Assembly: GCA_035297365.1 (NCBI GenBank)
Contig: DATGZA010000014.1
Coordinates: forward strand, 192,001 to 256,000
Source of the DNA: Nitrososphaeraceae archaeon
GTDB taxonomy: Archaea > Thermoproteota > Nitrososphaeria > Nitrososphaerales > Nitrososphaeraceae
Length of the DNA stretch: 64,000 nt
Direction: 5' to 3'
Shown: in pieces, positions 62,805 through 64,000 of the stretch
Layout of the letters: each line of letters starts with the position of its first letter
Numbering within the stretch: position 1 is the stretch's first letter
Notes under the pieces: generated by a model
Seen by the model: only the letters and a program-made list of their open reading frames with translations
Database searches by the model: none
Told to the model about the DNA's origin: nothing
Translations under genes and position numbers: made by a program

Positions 62805-63740
62805 ATGATACCTCTTGATGTAGATTATTTCATCCCAAAGGATATTCCCAGAGAGGTTTTATCTTATGAAGCAGTTTTGACTCAATTAGGGGTAGGTAAA
62901 GCAGGAAAGCTTGGAACATTGATTTTGTCCCTTGAAAAGGATCAAAATCTAAATAGAACAATAATAAAAGAACAATACTCTAAAGTCCCTCTTTTTGTTC
63001 AACGAGCGCTATACCTTGAAGAAAGTCTGCCATCTATGGCATATATCTATATAATGTCTCCTTCTGGAGGAATTCTCCAAGGTGACCGGTATAGAATAGA
63101 TATCAAGATAGGTGATAGTGCTTTAGCTCATATGACCACCCAGGGAGCTACAAGACTTTATAGAATGGATAAAAACTATGCAACTCAGATAGTCAATATA
63201 ACTTTGGATAGTAACAGTTATTTTGAATTTGTGCCCGACCAGATAATACCTTATAGAGATTCTAGGTTCTATCAATCTGTAACTTTGAATATTCATGAGG
63301 AGGCTACCATGATATATTCTGAGACAATAGTTCCAGGACGTATGGCTATGGGTGAATACTTTAATTACGATATTTGTTATTTAAAAATGATTGGAAAGAA
63401 CCAAGAGGGCGCATTGCGATTTATTGACACTGCATTGTTACAACCCAAGAAAAATGATCTAAAGATCCTTGGAGTTCTTGAAGAATTTAATATGTTATGC
63501 AATACATACATCCTCACACCACCCAGATATGTTGAGAAATTGAATGATACTATAAATGATAAAATATCTCTATTTCCAGAGGTCAGAGGTGGATGCTCTG
63601 TGATGCCTGATGGTTCAGGAATAGCTATTAGAATCTTGGGAAACACAATAGATAGATTAAAAGAGGTTACATATTCTATATTAGGGATATGTAGACATGA
63701 AATCCTAAATGCGAAGTTTAGTGGAATTCGCAAAAACTAA
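62805..63740 (+). CDS. ureD: urease accessory protein UreD/UreH
   Basis: SPSGGILQGD, TTQGATRLY, PDQIIPY..SRF, PGR. Confidence 0.95.
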   Translation: MIPLDVDYFIPKDIPREVLSYEAVLTQLGVGKAGKLGTLILSLEKDQNLNRTIIKEQYSKVPLFVQRALYLEESLPSMAYIYIMSPSGGILQGDRYRIDIKIGDSALAHMTTQGATRLYRMDKNYATQIVNITLDSNSYFEFVPDQIIPYRDSRFYQSVTLNIHEEATMIYSETIVPGRMAMGEYFNYDICYLKMIGKNQEGALRFIDTALLQPKKNDLKILGVLEEFNMLCNTYILTPPRYVEKLNDTINDKISLFPEVRGGCSVMPDGSGIAIRILGNTIDRLKEVTYSILGICRHEILNAKFSGIRKN

Positions 63741-63835
63741 CTGTTAAAGAGATCCTTTTTACTTTTTTTATATCTCATTTCTTTATTTATTTTTCATTTC
63801 TTTAGTCTTTATGGTTTTATTTTTATGTTATGATC

Positions 63836-63988
63836 CTACTTTCTTGATATCGTCCAAAATTCTATTATTTTGACCTTATGATTATTATTGTTTCTGTGAA
63901 TTTCTGAATCAACGATGTTGTCAAAAACTTGATCACACTCTTCACACCAAGAGGTACATTTTTTCTTACTTTTATCTAATGCGTTCAT
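63836..63988 (-). CDS. 50-aa C2H2-like zinc-finger protein (not in ORF track)
   Basis: MNALDKSKKKCTSWCEECDQVFDNIVDSEIHRNNNNHKVKIIEFWTISRK: CxxC...F...H-x5-H. Confidence 0.65.
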   Translation of the reverse strand: MNALDKSKKKCTSWCEECDQVFDNIVDSEIHRNNNNHKVKIIEFWTISRK

Positions 63989-64000
63989 CACTTATTTCGA

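Noticed and set aside
54799-63733. Many antisense and alternative-frame ORFs in the urease cluster
   Set aside because: Shadows of well-supported genes

Overview
AT-rich archaeal chromosome segment. The gene content (TFB, group II chaperonin, DnaJ-ferredoxin, YVTN/PsbP-like secreted proteins, archaeal urease cluster) points to an ammonia-oxidising archaeon of the Nitrososphaeraceae (Nitrosocosmicus-like); this is an inference. Three zones. (1) 1-3.6 kb: divergent wHTH genes, a small tautomerase missing from the ORF track, and TFB. (2) 3.9 to ~26 kb: a decaying accessory region anchored on tRNA-Thr(GGT). It holds four downstream copies of the tRNA 3' end, in two classes. Two long copies are each preceded by a broken homologous ORF resembling the N-terminal fragment of a split SSV-type integrase; two short copies each close a shared ~150-bp non-coding repeat. 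Many pseudogenes lie between them. (3) 26-64 kb: mostly intact genes, ending in a nickel/urea locus: a NikR-like regulator with a GTATTA-N16-TAATAC operator before a TroA/ZnuABC-type transporter, a urea transporter, and ureABC-chaperonin-hypothetical-ureEFGD. Other highlights are a candidate structured ncRNA at ~31.65 kb and a class III cyclase with a hidden N-terminal HTH that lacks a canonical start codon. All calls come from reading the sequence; no database searches were run.
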